Positions 40,651 through 54,030 are shown, numbered from the stretch's first letter. The stretch is DNA of 64,000 nt from Octopus bimaculoides (GCF_001194135.2 NC_069003.1:2891458-2955457), one strand, 5' to 3'. Program-made: numbers and translations. The notes: generated from the sequence alone by a model not told the origin.

Positions 40651-41211
40651 ACACATATATATACACATATATATACACACAGAGGCAAATATATAAATAT
40701 AAATGCATATACAATTCAGTACTTATAATATCTAATAGCAATAATTTAAATTTGCAAGTTCCTAATTTATATATATATGTATACGTTTATGTGTGTTTAT
40801 TGTGTATGAATCTATACACATATATTTATACATATGTGTCTACATAAATACGTTAATGAGAAATTAGTAATCTATTTATCTCCAGTAGTTCGTTATTTAC
40901 ATCCTGTTGTAATGTAATAATCGATTTTTAGTAAACAAAAGAATTATTAAACATTCTGGAATTTTCTCTTCTTTTCTCTCCATTTTATGCATGTGCTTTA
41001 TTCGTGTAGGAGTGCATATGGCCACCTATCTCTATATGTGTGTGTCCGTGTTATGTGGCTGTCTGTGTGTGTCTATGTGCGATTGTTTTAATTCTATATG
41101 CTTGTATGTAACTAATTTTCTATTCATGTATGTTTGAATTTTAGTGTATAAAAATTGCTATTTATATATATGTGTGGATCGCGGTATGTACGAACGTATG
41201 TACATAGAAAT

Positions 41212-41247
<36 letters not shown>

Positions 41248-41725
41248 GTATATGTGTGTGTGTGTGTGTGCGTTAATACTTTCGCACATATACTCACTCA
41301 CACTTATATATACGTATGTATTTTTAGATATGTTCCTATCTAGATATCTGTGTGTGTCTGTCTGATCGTGTGTTTGTGTGAGTTACTATGTGTATGCATG
41401 TATGCATATATTATATTAGTGTATTTATGGAATCGAATACATGTGCGTATGGAATTAGATATATGTATATGTCAATCCGTTTACTGACGCAAAATGGCCG
41501 CATGAATATAAAGTTGTCTTGGCAATCAAGAGACCTCGGCTCGTTTCTACAGTGTGGCATCCTAGGAAAACGTTTTTTTGCTAAAGCATCGAGTTGAGCG
41601 AAGTCTTATGGGTAGAACAGGATAGAATGAATCTGGGTGAGATACCTCTTATAATGTACCTGTAATTAACTCGTACTTTGTTGTTGTTTAATCTTCACAC
41701 TTCTCAGGCATTCTCAGCTACTTAC

Positions 41726-41816
41726 GATCTAATTCCATGCAGAGAGGTTTCTCTTGTTTGAGCGATCGAAAACTCATCTTCGAAAGCGACGGATATCCCT
41801 TTCAAACGTACCTGAC
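41726..41816 (-). CDS. Candidate internal exon, (G)QVRLKGISVAFEDEFSIAQTRETSLHGIR(S)
   Basis: Strong donor ATC|gtaagt; 30-codon open frame; acceptor ambiguous (tag at 41817 or ctttcgaag further in). The phase 2 end fits 31925-31970. Confidence 0.2.
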
Positions 41817-42394
41817 CTAATGTACACTAGTGTTCCAGTATATTCATATATACGTACATACATACATGCATACACATATACATACATACACACACACATA
41901 CATTCATACATACATACATACATACATACATACATACATACATACATACACACATAGATGGGATATGTAGCACAGTGGCAATCTTGAGAAATTAGGCTTC
42001 TCAAAACCAGAAAGGAGAAAGCTGATTCGAAGACCACAAATCGAATCTATATCTGGAACTGTAAAAAATATCTGTAAATCTTTCCAGAAGTTTATCATTT
42101 AAATATATATGAGCATGTCTAGATGTGCAATTATGTGCACGAGAATACATACGTAAAACAAAACATACAAACCTGCGCATATTCATACATACACACATAC
42201 ATACATGCAAAAATACCCTGTTGTTGATGCTGAAATTCCACTGAGGGAGTGTTGGATCTAGGTTAGAAACCGGTTCTTTCTCTATTGGCAAGAATTCTTG
42301 AAATAAAACTGAATAATGACATACATATATATATATACATACATAATAGATACATACACACACACACACACACATACACACGCACACACACATA

Positions 42395-42505
42395 AGTAAG
42401 TGCTCGAATACGAAAGGCAGAGTAAAAGATTGTTTTATTAAAGCCAAAGAAAATGCCTCACAAACTGGTACTCAGAGTTTCCCGTGAACGTTCATCGGAG
42501 AGTTG
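42395..42505 (-). mobile_element. Family E small repeat, second copy, with a degenerate hammerhead at 42465-42502
   Basis: CTCT-CCGATGA-ACGTTCACGG-GAAA-CTCTGAG-TA-CCAG; flank aligns with 36080-36150. Confidence 0.65.
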
Positions 42506-43129
42506 TGATAATAGAGATTCGTCTCTTTCATCATAAATTGTGTCATAAATGGAAACCAATGAGAGAGCCACTGCGTAGTCTTTTCATTTGCTAAATATAG
42601 CAGCCAAACCATCTTTGAATCTTTTTTTTCTTTCTGTCTTGAAAAGAGACACTTTGCATAATATAATAGGATCTTTTCACTTTCGAAAAGTATGAGATGG
42701 TGACGGCCGGAAACACTTGAATCATTTAGTAGCTCGACCAAGTGTGACAAGGGGCTAAACTTCAGCGGCAAAGCCATCACCACACACACACACACACACA
42801 ACTAAAGCCGTTAGAACAACAACAACAACAACAACCAGAAGACTATTGAACGTGCATAAATTCATTCTACGCTCAGTAATAGCTTAGTTGTAACTGTTGT
42901 TGATGATGTTGACGGTGATGACAATAAATGATGAAAGATTAATGATGATTGAGGATGATTAATTTAAAATAAAATAGGATAAAATTGTAAATTTTATTGG
43001 TTAAAAGTTAATTGAAATACGTGAATCAGAGACACATGTCCCGCGCAGTTGCAAACAGTAACAACATCAACAATATTGTAGTTGTTGCTGACACTGCCAG
43101 TGCTGCCACAACAAATAACGATGATGATG

Positions 43130-43159
43130 ACCTTGATTATGATAATGATGATGATGATG

Positions 43160-43218
<59 letters not shown>

Positions 43219-43319
43219 CCTTTCTACTATATGCAGAAGGCAGAATTTGAACGTAAAGACAGTCAAACAGCCGCTAAGCATTTGCCCCGACGAGCTAGCG
43301 ATTCTGTCAGCTCGACGTC

Positions 43320-43365
<46 letters not shown>

Positions 43366-43556
43366 TAATAATAATAATAACCCTTTATATTATAGGCACG
43401 AGTGCTGAAATTTTAGAGAAGTTTTATTTTAGAGAAATAGATAACGGCTATTTATTTCCTCCACACTGAAAGATGAAATGAAATGTTAAATTTGGCAGAA
43501 TTTGAACTCAGAACGTAAAGCCGATCTAATGCTTCGAAGCATTTTGTCCGGTGTGA
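43130..43556 (-). mobile_element. Two tandem SINE family B copies, each with an (AAT)n tract on its 3' side
   Basis: (AAT)n about 43130-43218; internally deleted B 43222-43320; (AAT)n 43321-43380; B 43381-43556 with GGCAGAATTTGAACTCAGAACGTAAAG. Confidence 0.8.
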
Positions 43557-43577
43557 AAATAATAGGATGTCTTATTC

Positions 43578-43765
43578 TTTAATGAATAGCCTTACGGCTT
43601 CCATGGAACTTCTGGACCTTTTGGAGACCGAATCTCAATGATTTCACAACTTCGAAAATGTTGGTGAGAGAAATGTTGTTGCCCTGAATATTAGTGAAGC
43701 TCTCGACTATACCTCTTTTGTGAATCTCTGATGCAAATTATCAGCTTATAGATCCATCCATCTCT
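43578..43765 (+). pseudogene. Non-LTR (CR1/Jockey-like) reverse transcriptase fragment
   Basis: NE*PYGF...GDRISMISQ, then after a frameshift ENVGERNVVALNISEALD...NL*CKLSAY (cf. QYGFR...STGD and GES.VVALDISKAFD.V.H..LL.KL.AYG). Confidence 0.55.
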
Positions 43766-44673
43766 CAGCTATTTCCGTAACTTAGTGGTTTGGCAAATGA
43801 TGTCGATAGATTTTTTTTTTAGTGTATCATTAATAGTGTTACCCCTGCATGGACACGTCCCAATGATCGACACACGTCAAAGTGAGAAGATATAGCAGAT
43901 AACTTTGTAATATTTGGTATTTTTTCGATAGGAATTGAAAAGCAGCTTTCAGCATGGTGCTTGGTACATAGTTATGGTTGCAAAATAACAAATGATTCCA
44001 TGCTTCTTAGCAATTTCAAAACTAATTTCAAAAATGAAAAATTCTAGCTTCCAGGAAAATATTCAGATTATTGTAAAACACTGTCAGAGCAACCACCGCA
44101 TCAGGCAAAATACTTGAGAAAGTTATAGCAGTTTCTGTAAAACATCGATTAGTTTGTGAAATATATGAAATGGTTTTCGAACACGGGAAGTATCATACAT
44201 TCGTGAAGGCAATCATTTTTGCTTTTTTTTTCCATAGAGAGAGTGAGAGACAATGCGAGAAGATCAAGCAGAACAAAGAAATATAGAAAAATACCTCTTT
44301 CAATTGATTCAGTTGGACGGCGCATTTCGTAATTGTCTGCTGACAGTTAGGAAAATAAATGCTATGATGAGCTTCTACATTGAAAATTTCCTTTGCAATT
44401 TGATGAGTCAACAGACTTTACCAATAAAAAGTTGCTATTGGCATTCATTCATTTTATTGACAGGGATAAAATAGTAAGTCGGTTTCTTCGTTGTAAAGAA
44501 ATGCCAGGAACCACAAAAGAAGACATTTTTCAATTTTAAATAACGAACATTGAGAAATAAGTTTTAGCATGGACATCATGTTTGTATCTGGTTGTATATA
44601 GATATATATATGTGTGCATGCGTGTGTGTTTGTATAGAGAGAGAGGAGGAGTGAGAGACAGGGAGAGAGACGC

Positions 44674-44705
<32 letters not shown>

Positions 44706-45589
44706 TTGCATATTATATTGTATATTTGTATATCTTGTCTATAGTGTCTGAAAAGCTCTTACAATACGCGTGTAAAATAAAGTAAAACCCGGTTGTTATT
44801 ACACCTCGCTGCTTTCCACACAGAAACAGAGATTTCAAAAACATTCGGACGTGAATTGAAACAGGTTTTAGATCTAGTTATCGCAATAGTTTCTTTATTG
44901 AACTTACACCATTACAAACTCTGTTTGGCAAGATTTCGCAGCTCACAACCAATATGAATCGAAGTGTGAAATGGTGATCAAGAGGAAATATTCTCTACCG
45001 TGTGCATGAACTCCGAAAAGGGGATTTTTATTTGTTTACTTGTTCCTTTATCTATTTGCTTTTCAAAAAAAAAATAGATAAAATTATTTTTTTCTGAGAA
45101 TCTTCTGTTGTGTGAATTTTTGGACATCTAGCTTAGAATAACTGACAAAGTTATTTTAGTATCAGAAAACTCAGAACGGATGTATACAAGCAAAAAATGA
45201 AAAGAAATAAAATGAATGTACAAATAACCTAGCAACAATACAGAAAAAAAAAAACAGTTCTTATGTGATAACGATAAGCTTTATATGTGAGTTTTAAAAT
45301 GAGCTTGTTAGTAAATAAAACTCCTAAAATGGTAATTGCTCCACTGATAGAAATTATATTTTTTGTCAGTAAGGATGCAACATGTTTGGCCCTGATATCC
45401 TTACACCGGAATTCTAATTAATGGTGGGTCGGGGAAGTTTTTTAGCCAATTGCCCCAAAATGTGTTTTTTTTTTGTGCCAGCGATACTCTCTTGATTTGA
45501 AAGGAAGAAAATCACTGATTTTTTTGATTCAAAAATGTATTGAATCTATTTATATACAGAATACAATTATAAATATAACAAGTATAAAG

Positions 45590-45710
45590 CAAATGCTTTC
45601 GGCCCGAGGCTTTAGTAGAAAACACTAGCCCAAGTTGCCAAGCAGTGGGACTGAACTCGGAACCATGTTGTTGGTAAGCAAGCTACTTACCACATAACCA
45701 CTCCTACTCA
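45590..45710 (-). mobile_element. SINE family A 5' half
   Basis: GGCCCGAGGCT...GCAGTGGGACTGAACTCGGAACCATGTTGTTGGTAAGCAAGCTACTTACCAC...CCACTCCT. Confidence 0.9.
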
Positions 45711-45723
45711 CACGCACATACAC

Positions 45724-45764
<41 letters not shown>

Positions 45765-45779
45765 TGTGTGTGTGTGTGT

Positions 45780-45817
<38 letters not shown>

Positions 45818-47059
45818 ATATTCGATAGGCCTATACACGCCTTCTGTCCATCAAATTCCCTGATAAGAAATTGGTTAATCTGCAGCTAGAAAAGTATATA
45901 TTTGCCAAAAGTATCATGTGCTGGAGCAGACATCGAAATCACATCGTTGCGAATTGAAACGTCTTAACACACAACCAAACATGTCACATTTTATTTTCTG
46001 TTTTCAATTTTATCTTTCAATCTGATTTTGGATTTTTCTTCATCAGGCCACATTAAACGTGAGCAACACAAGACACTTTTTAATGCATTGAAGAGGAAAG
46101 GAGAGTTTGTATAAACATTTCTGAATGTACGTCAAGTCATCCAGTTCGACTTTCACATCAGCTTGATTAGTAAAACGCGATAAGCAATAATTTTACTCTG
46201 TATGTCATTATTCTTTATTTCAAAACTTAAAACGTATTTTGTTTTTTTTTTTAAATTCTTCTTTAGCTTTGCATATGAAGTGCGCCAGAAATTTTTACTT
46301 GATCTGTTCTGTGTCACAGAGTGAAAAAGACTTAGAACCATTGAAGTAAGCAATCAAAGCAAATGAAAATCAGATAGCTTTCTCTCGTCGTACTCACGAT
46401 AGCTTTATACACTTCTCATATGCATACAGAAGATCAAATAAATGCTAGCAGCACCATCTTCCGATATTGCCGAGATAGCTAAATATTATTATCTAACAGC
46501 AGATACTGTGCAGAATATATATATATATATATATATATTTTTAAACTCTGTCGTATGTTTCCATGTACGTAAGTTTAGTTCTATAAGCGTACTTGTGAAC
46601 ATTCCGAACAGGAGGAGGAGATTGTTCGCTTGAGTATAATGAATAGCTCAGCAGATTACTCTGTGGGTTTTTGTACCAGTTAGATATGTTTGTGTCTAAC
46701 GAGAGTCAGTGAGTATATGTAATATATAGCCATAATTTATGGAGTTGTAATACCAGGAGTATAGAACATTCTAATTGAGAAATCGAGATTTTTTCATGTG
46801 CCCTTGCGTAGATGATACTGAAAACAATAAAGAAGAAAATAAAATTGAAAGACGTGAAATTGATTCTAAATTAGAGAAAAATGTTTGTATAGATAGGAAA
46901 TATAGCTAGAGAAGGGGAGGAAGACAAAGGAGGAGGATGGTGGAGGATGTGGAAGACGTAGAAAGAGAAAGAGGAAAAATGAAGGCGTACGGAAAAGAAA
47001 AAAACGAAGCAAGCCAATAAGAAATATTAGAAGAAAAAAAAGGACGACAGTGAAGAAGA

Positions 47060-47200
47060 GAGAGAAAATGAAGAAGAAGAAGAAGAAGAAGAAGAAGAAG
47101 AAGAAGAAGAAGAAGAAGAAGAAGAAGAAGAAGAAGAAGAAGAAGAAGAAGAAGAAGAAGAAGAAGAAGAAGAAGAAGAAGAAGAAGAAGAAGAAGCATA
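47060..47200. repeat. (AAG)n microsatellite
   Basis: Direct reading. Confidence 0.95.
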
Positions 47201-47902
47201 ATGTGAAGTGAACAAAGTTTAAATGAGGAAGATGAAAGTTGGATGTATCAAAGACAGAGATCGATAGAAATGTTTTTAAATTAAAATTTCGCGGGTATTC
47301 ATTTCTGGTGAGTTTTCGCCCTTTAGCTATAATCAGCCACACTTATGATAAACAAGTTATGGAAATTAAAGAAACGTACTTTAAAAGGATCCAGGTACAA
47401 CCAACGGGCATACATCCAATTTTTTTTTCTAACTTAAGTTTTGATCTCTTAAATTAACTCACTTTTCTCCTTTGTTTCTTTGCTTATTTTTTTTGGCTTT
47501 TCACCATTAACAAATTTTCGATATTTTCTCAATGACTTTGACTTCACAGTTAAGGAAAGACGGGAGAACAATCTCATAATTGACTTTTGAAAATGTTTGT
47601 GATGTTTATACCAAGTCAAAATAAACAGGACCTGAACACTTTAAACGTGAAACAAACGGTCTCACACACGGTGAAATAACTTACACCTCTTACACTCTCT
47701 CGTACACGCACGCACATACACATACACAAGCAATCACACGCACACGCACATAATGCCTGTGCGTCAGTGTGTGCCTGTATATGGACGTATGCATGTATAT
47801 GTATGTATATATATTCGACAAAATGTAACGAATTTCAACATAAACAACAGTGTATTTTTTTATGTATGTTTGTATGTATGCATATGTAAATAAATACCTG
47901 CC

Positions 47903-47950
<48 letters not shown>

Positions 47951-48171
47951 NNNNNNNNNNNNNNNNNNNNNNNNNNNNNNNNNNNNNNNNNNNNNNNNNN
48001 NNNNNNNNNNNNNNNNNNNNNNNNNNNNNNNNNNNNNNNNNNNNNNNNNNNNNNNNNNNNNNNNNNNNNNNNNNNNNNNNNNNNNNNNNNNNNNNNNNNN
48101 NNNNNNNNNNNNNNNNNNNNNNNNNNNNNNNNNNNNNNNNNNNNTGTGTGTGTGTGTGTGTGTGTGTATCT

Positions 48172-48500
48172 GCGCATGTGAGTTAAGGCGCATGGTCCTG
48201 TGCTTAGATCGTCGGCTCAATCGTGAGGTAATTCGATTCCCGGGCGGGACTGTGTATTGTGTTCTTGAGCAAGACACTTTATTTCACGTTGCTCCAGTTC
48301 ACTCGGATGTAGAAATGACTTGCGACGTCACTGGTGCTAAGACGTAACGACCCCTTTGTTTTTCCCTTGGATAATATCAGTGTCATGGAGAGGGAAATCT
48401 GGCATGTAAAGAGCGACTGCTGGTTTTCCATAAAGAACCTTGACCGGAGATATACCTCGGTGGGTAACTTTCTAGGTACAACCCCATGGTCATTTATGAC
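48172..48500 (+). mobile_element. SINE family C, near full length
   Basis: GGCGCATGG...GTGCTTAG...GGTAATTCGATTCCCGGG (tRNA-like boxes), then GTGTTCTTGAGCAAGACACTTTATTTCACGTTGCTCCAGTTCACTC. Confidence 0.85.
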
Positions 48501-48686
48501 CGCCTGGTGTCTTTACATTTAATCCTTTACCCTATATATATGAATGTATATATAGATTTGTATCTATTTACGTTAATGTATATATATGTGGGTGCATCAG
48601 TGTGTGTATGCACGCAGAGGTACTTTTATATAGGCGTTTGTTTATGTATGTCCGTGCGAATACATATGCATGTAAATATGTAAAGC

Positions 48687-48800
48687 GAGCGTAGGCTCGA
48701 AACGTAAAAGACTTTTCTATTGTACCCGAGCGTTAAACTAAAACACCTGCTTGTTGTTCCTACACCTGTCTTCGTCATTTTTTTTTTCTGAAAACGTAAA
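48687..48800 (+). mobile_element. Family D small repeat beginning with the 3' half of a hammerhead
   Basis: GAGC-GTAG-GCTC-GAAA-CG-TA-AAAG; the CUGANGA half is absent upstream. Confidence 0.6.
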
Positions 48801-49308
48801 CTTTATATGTATGCATAGCTATGCATATTCGTTTATATATGCCGATGTATCTATAGCTCAGAATTCGTAACACTTTTCTGAATTAAAACGAAAGCAACAT
48901 TCAACAATTGTTCCGAATCGGCTATGAGGATGTTGACAGACAAACACTCGTTGTTGATTGTCATTTCTAACAAGTTGAAACAACTGTAAGCTTGTGATTA
49001 TGGTAAATCAACTCTTGTTGTATCATTTATTTTTCATGTTTATTTAGTACTTAAATTGTTGTTGAAGTGAGTTTCCTTATGATGTGAATAATTGTGATTA
49101 CACACTGTCAAATAGACGCAACATTAGAAATATATAAAATTTATTGACTTCTTATTAGTCATCTTATGTCTAAAGAGAATTATATTGTACACACGCTCAT
49201 ACACACACAGAAACGCACATGCACACACCCATACATAGACTAACACATATATATGTAGATATGTATATACAAGCCTTTGTAAGCATATGTATACATATGT
49301 GAACGTAG

Positions 49309-49354
<46 letters not shown>

Positions 49355-49657
49355 GATATGTATATGTACGAATGAGAATACATACTTAAACACACACACA
49401 TATACACACACACAGACACATTGGCATGTACATAAATTTACAAATTTCTACTAAATATATTTTAATTTTCTGCTTCGTGCGCTTTTTTTCTTTTTGGTCA
49501 CACCATTGGTAGTCATATAGATGAATACATACATACACACCACCTTACGTTCATTCATTTAGACAGAGTGATATATATGTATACACGCAGATGTAAATAA
49601 TTTTATATTTCTTATTGGTATTCATATTAAATATAGTTTACCCTTATCGCAAATGAA

Positions 49658-49706
<49 letters not shown>

Positions 49707-50845
49707 CGTGTATGCATGCATACATATACACACATATATATACATATACATCTCTCTCTCTCTCTCTCTCTACATATANNNNNNNNNNNNNNNNNNNNNN
49801 NNNNNNNNNNNNNNNNNNNNNNNNNNNNNNNNNNNNNNNNNNNNNNNNNNNNNNNNNNNNNNNNNNNNNNNNNNNNNNNNNNNNNNNNNNNNNNNNNNNN
49901 NNNNNNNNNNNNNNNNNNNNNNNNNNNNNNNNNNNNNNNNNNNNNNNNNNNNNNNNNNNNNNNNNNNNNNNNNNNNNNNNNNNNNNNNNNNNNNNNNNNN
50001 NNNNNNNNNNNNNNNNNNNNNNNNNNNNNNNNNNNNNNNNNNNNNNNNNNNNNNNNNNNNNNNNNNNNNNNNNNNNNNNNNNNNNNNNNNNNNNNNNNNN
50101 NNNNNNNNNNNNNNNNNNNNNNNNNNNNNNNNNNNNNNNNNNNNNNNNNNNNNNNNNNNNNNNNNNNNNNNNNNNNNNNNNNNNNNNNNNNNNNNNNNNN
50201 NNNNNNNNNNNNNNNNNNNNNNNNNNNNNNNNNNNNNNNNNNNNNNNNNNNNNNNNNNNNNNNNNNNNNNNNNNNNNNNNNNNNNNNNNNNNNNNNNNNN
50301 NNNNNNNNNNNNNNNNNNNNNNNNNNNNNNNNNNNNNNNNNNNNNNNNNNNNNNNNNNNNNNNNNNNNNNNNNNNNNNNNNNNNNNNNNNTTATTAGGTT
50401 TTTAACTTTTAAATTTTCATATTCAAAGGAGACAGAGACTTCAAATTCGATATATCGATTTATTCACCACTCTATGTTAACATTTCTGTGCCAAACGTAT
50501 CCAGTGACTGGTCCATTGGATTTAGACATTTGGCACTTCTTCAGGAGTGGTTACCATTCGAACAAAACACGAACAAACACATACATAACTATTATTAAAT
50601 CCTTAGAATCTCGTTAGATTTCATTTATGTTATTATAGGGGAGATTACTCCTTAATTTTCTATTTTTATTGCTCTCCTGTGAATTTCCACTAGATTAATT
50701 AATTATTTTGTTTATTTCTCTTTACTATACTATATTACCCGTTCCTTTACTCGTGTACATATCCATACATACACTTTACCCGTATACTTATCCATATATG
50801 CATACACACACACATATATATATACATGTATGTATACACATATAT

Positions 50846-50946
<101 letters not shown>

Positions 50947-51562
50947 CGCATGCACATACACACACACATATATATACACATGTAGGCAGCATTATAATTG
51001 TCAATGTTGTCATCCTCTTCCTCGTCGTTATCATCTCTTCATATTTTCAAATTGTCTTGGTTTTTTGCATACAAACACACACATATATAAAGGAAGATTA
51101 ACTCAATTTTAGTCGAACCATCCGCCATGACTGCCTTACCTCCCCTTTTACTCCAAACTTCTTTCTTTTCCTCTCTTCTTTCTCACTCCCTTTCCCTACC
51201 TGTTTTCCTTACTCTCGCCTACTTCGCTCCTCTCAACGCTTCTACTCCTGCCTTCTACATCCATTTCTGCTGTTCTACTCTTCCTTCCCCTCTCTTACCT
51301 CTTTTCCTACACCCTCTAACCCGCACAGCCCAACCCGTGTCATCATTGTCTCAATATTCAGTGATGAATATTTAACCTTTGGAGATTAGAAACACTTTTT
51401 AGACTTTGAAAATTTAATATTTTCCACCATTAACATTAATTCTATAATTCTATTTACCATTTCCAACAATACATTTTTCTTTTCTATGTCTGTCTTTCCG
51501 TTTATATTTCCTTCATTTTGTCGTTGTCGTCGTCCTCGCCACTGTTTTTGTTTTTGCTGATG

Positions 51563-51565
<3 letters not shown>

Positions 51566-51614
<49 letters not shown>

Positions 51615-52066
51615 CATTATTATTCAGTAGTCTTATTTCAATAACGTACTTTCACTGCACTACCGAGCGCAGCTCGGTGTGGCTTGGATATGTGCTGTGG
51701 TTTGTTGTGATGCTTGTATTTTTACTGTATTGAAAGTGTTTTACGTAGGATGTGTGCGGTGCCTAGTAGTGCTATCTTCCGTATGTTATATATACTTATT
51801 ACTCATCATTCGAGTTACCTCTATTGCCAGGTCTTTGCATTTTCAATGTTTCTCCATTTCTTTTAGAGAAATGTTGTCATGTGTTGGTATTTATACATCA
51901 ATTAGAAGCCATATTTTCTTCCTGTTCTCTGGCATATTGGCCTTAATTTCTGTATCTGTGTGTATTGCTGCTTTCTCATTTTCCGTAACCTTTTCTAGCG
52001 TGTGCCTATACCATCTTTTTTCTGTTGTTATTCCATATTCTTTGCATAACTTCCAGTGTACATAGA
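51566..52066 (-). mobile_element. RLE-clade (R4/Dong-like) non-LTR retrotransposon 3' end, decayed, with (TAA)n tail
   Basis: YVHWKLCKEYGITTEKRWYRHTLEKVTENEKA..IHTDTEIKANMP..LIDV*IPTHDNISLKEMEKH*KCKDLAIEVTRM..IYNIRKIALLGTAHILRKTLSIQ* (stop 51722-51724), short 3' UTR, then (TAA)n. Confidence 0.9.
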
Positions 52067-52084
52067 ATATGTGTTGATGGATAA

Positions 52085-52190
52085 GAAACAATAAATCATA
52101 TTGTCTCTGGCTGCCCAGTACTGGCTAAGAAGGAATATATGTACAGACACGTCAGAGTTGTGATCTACATACACTGGAAGCTATGCCAAG
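52085..52190 (+). mobile_element. Inverted upstream segment of the same RLE-type element (end of the zinc knuckle)
   Basis: ETINHIVSGCPVLAKKEYMYRHVRVVIYIHWKLCQ. Confidence 0.85.
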
Positions 52191-52555
52191 ACTAAAATAT
52201 CCCGAAAGTGACCGAAACAATTGGAGAATTCAATGTGAAATGGAAGAACTGGACAAGTAAATGAAAAGACCAAGGTGTAGAAAGGATAATTCGTCTAAAG
52301 ACCAATTCATCGAATACAAATAAATCAAAATAAAATTTTGAAGTGATATTTCTTCAAAATATATATCAATACAAAATATATTCACAGTAAAATCATTGAT
52401 TAATTTCTCATTTGAAGGAGGTATTGGTTTTTAGATTAAAAATATTATTCAGATTATCTTCAGGTCATCTTGAAATTTCTCTACAAGAAAATAAACGATA
52501 ATAGATACTTAATCACGACTAATTATTTTTTTAAAATGTGTTTATAAAACCACAC

Positions 52556-52810
52556 CGTGGAGGTACGTGTCTTAATTGTTGGGGTGTTGTATTTGTGATC
52601 GTAAGATTGTAGTTTTTATGAATTCTTGTGGGGGCGATGCGTTGTGTTCTTGAGCAAAATACTTCATTTCAAGTTGCTTCAGTCTCCTGAGCTATAGAAA
52701 CGAGAAATGCAGGATACTCTTGCGATGGACGGGCGTCCTTTCTAATATGGTCGATGAAATATATATGCCATAGAATCTGGGAAAAGATCCTTTGGCTCGG
52801 AAAGGATCTT
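52556..52810 (+). mobile_element. SINE family C, ending in a 10-bp hairpin
   Basis: GTGGAGGTACGTG...GATCGTAAGAT...GTGTTCTTGAGCAAAATACTTCATTTC; AAGATCCTTT-GGCTCGG-AAAGGATCTT at 52784-52810. Confidence 0.8.
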
Positions 52811-52939
52811 GGATATGTTTTCTTTCGATTTGAAAATAAGACAAGTTATTCAATTTCTTTCATTGAAATATATTTGAATTATTTTTGTGAATGCGTTGCG
52901 TCTAGTGGATGGTTCTAGCGTCTCATATCATTTATGGGT

Positions 52940-53160
52940 AGAACATTGATTGCAAATTTTGGTAGAAGGCCAGTAATTTCGGAGGAGGCAGTTACTTCGA
53001 CTCCAGTGCATGACTGGTAATTATTTTATGGACTCCGGAAAGATGAAATATAAAGTTGACTTCAGCGGAATTTGAACTCAGAACGTAAAATGACGGACGA
53101 AATAGCGCTGAGTAGTTTACTTGCCATCATAAGGATTCTGCCAGCTCTCCGTTATTTTAT
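52940..53160 (-). mobile_element. SINE family B
   Basis: GAAGGCCAGTAATTTC...CCAGTGCATGACTGGTA...GCGGAATTTGAACTCAGAACGTAAA...GATTCTGCCAGCTC. Confidence 0.85.
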
Positions 53161-53709
53161 GGCCGGTATACTGTCAATTAAATCAGATGAATAGTTTCAT
53201 TCGTACGTAATTTATTGACCCAAAATGAATGATAGGCAAAATTGAACAAGACGGAATTTGATTGCAGGAGTTAAAGGGAAGTCACTCAACGATGCAGACG
53301 AATTTAATTCCAAGCATTCCCAATTAATTGCAACGCAATTTGTTGTTTTCCTAATAAATGTTCTTTTTCTAACACTCACGAGACAAGAACACTTCAATGG
53401 ACATAAGTGCTTCGCCGATATTTAAATTAATAACCCCATTTAATTATTGCATCTCTTTTTTTCTTCTTTTTTTCCGGAGTACGCTAATGATTGTATAAGT
53501 AAAGGCCACGTTTTGTGTTTCGCGCATATAATTTCCTGTCGTCAAATATTGTGAGTTACAGATAATCGATAGCCCTTACTTATATATTAACCCTTAGGTC
53601 TATATATGTGAAGGAGTTCACTTTTGTTCGTCTCTGTGCTGGTATGAGGCAGCAGTCGCGCTGGTTTGCTGCCGCCGTTCGGGTTTTTATTTTTACCATT
53701 TTTTCTTCT

Positions 53710-54030
53710 TTTTGCCGTAAAGTGGTTGTTTTATGAATTCCTGGGTCGAGCGATCCGTTGTGTTCTTGAGCAAAACACTTCATTTCACATTGTTTCAGTC
53801 TCCTGAGTTGTAGAACCGAGAAATGCAGGGTACTCATGCGATGGATAGGCGTCCCGTCCAAACCGGTCGATGAAATACATATATGTGCCATAGAATCTGG
53901 GAAATGGGCCTTTCGGTGGGTACCTTTCCGTACGTCGTTGAGCGAGTAACGACGTATCGCACGGAAGTCAGCAGTTGTAGTAGCAAATACCGAAACCCTA
54001 CAAGGGGTTTCGCCATGGAAACTGGGTGAC
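53710..54030 (+). mobile_element. SINE family C with a hairpin-rich insert
   Basis: Same diagnostic variants as 52556-52810; insert at 53926-54012. Confidence 0.75.

Noticed and set aside
42500-42801. Mariner-like KDSKMVW...NEK phrase in the 109-aa minus-strand ORF
   Set aside because: No WVPHEL or DDD match, and the ORF end is the family E hammerhead.
53915-53975. Minus-strand CTGACTT...GAAA-GGTACC read as a hammerhead
   Set aside because: G8, A9 and U16.1 are all wrong and helix I is absent; kept only as a hairpin finding.
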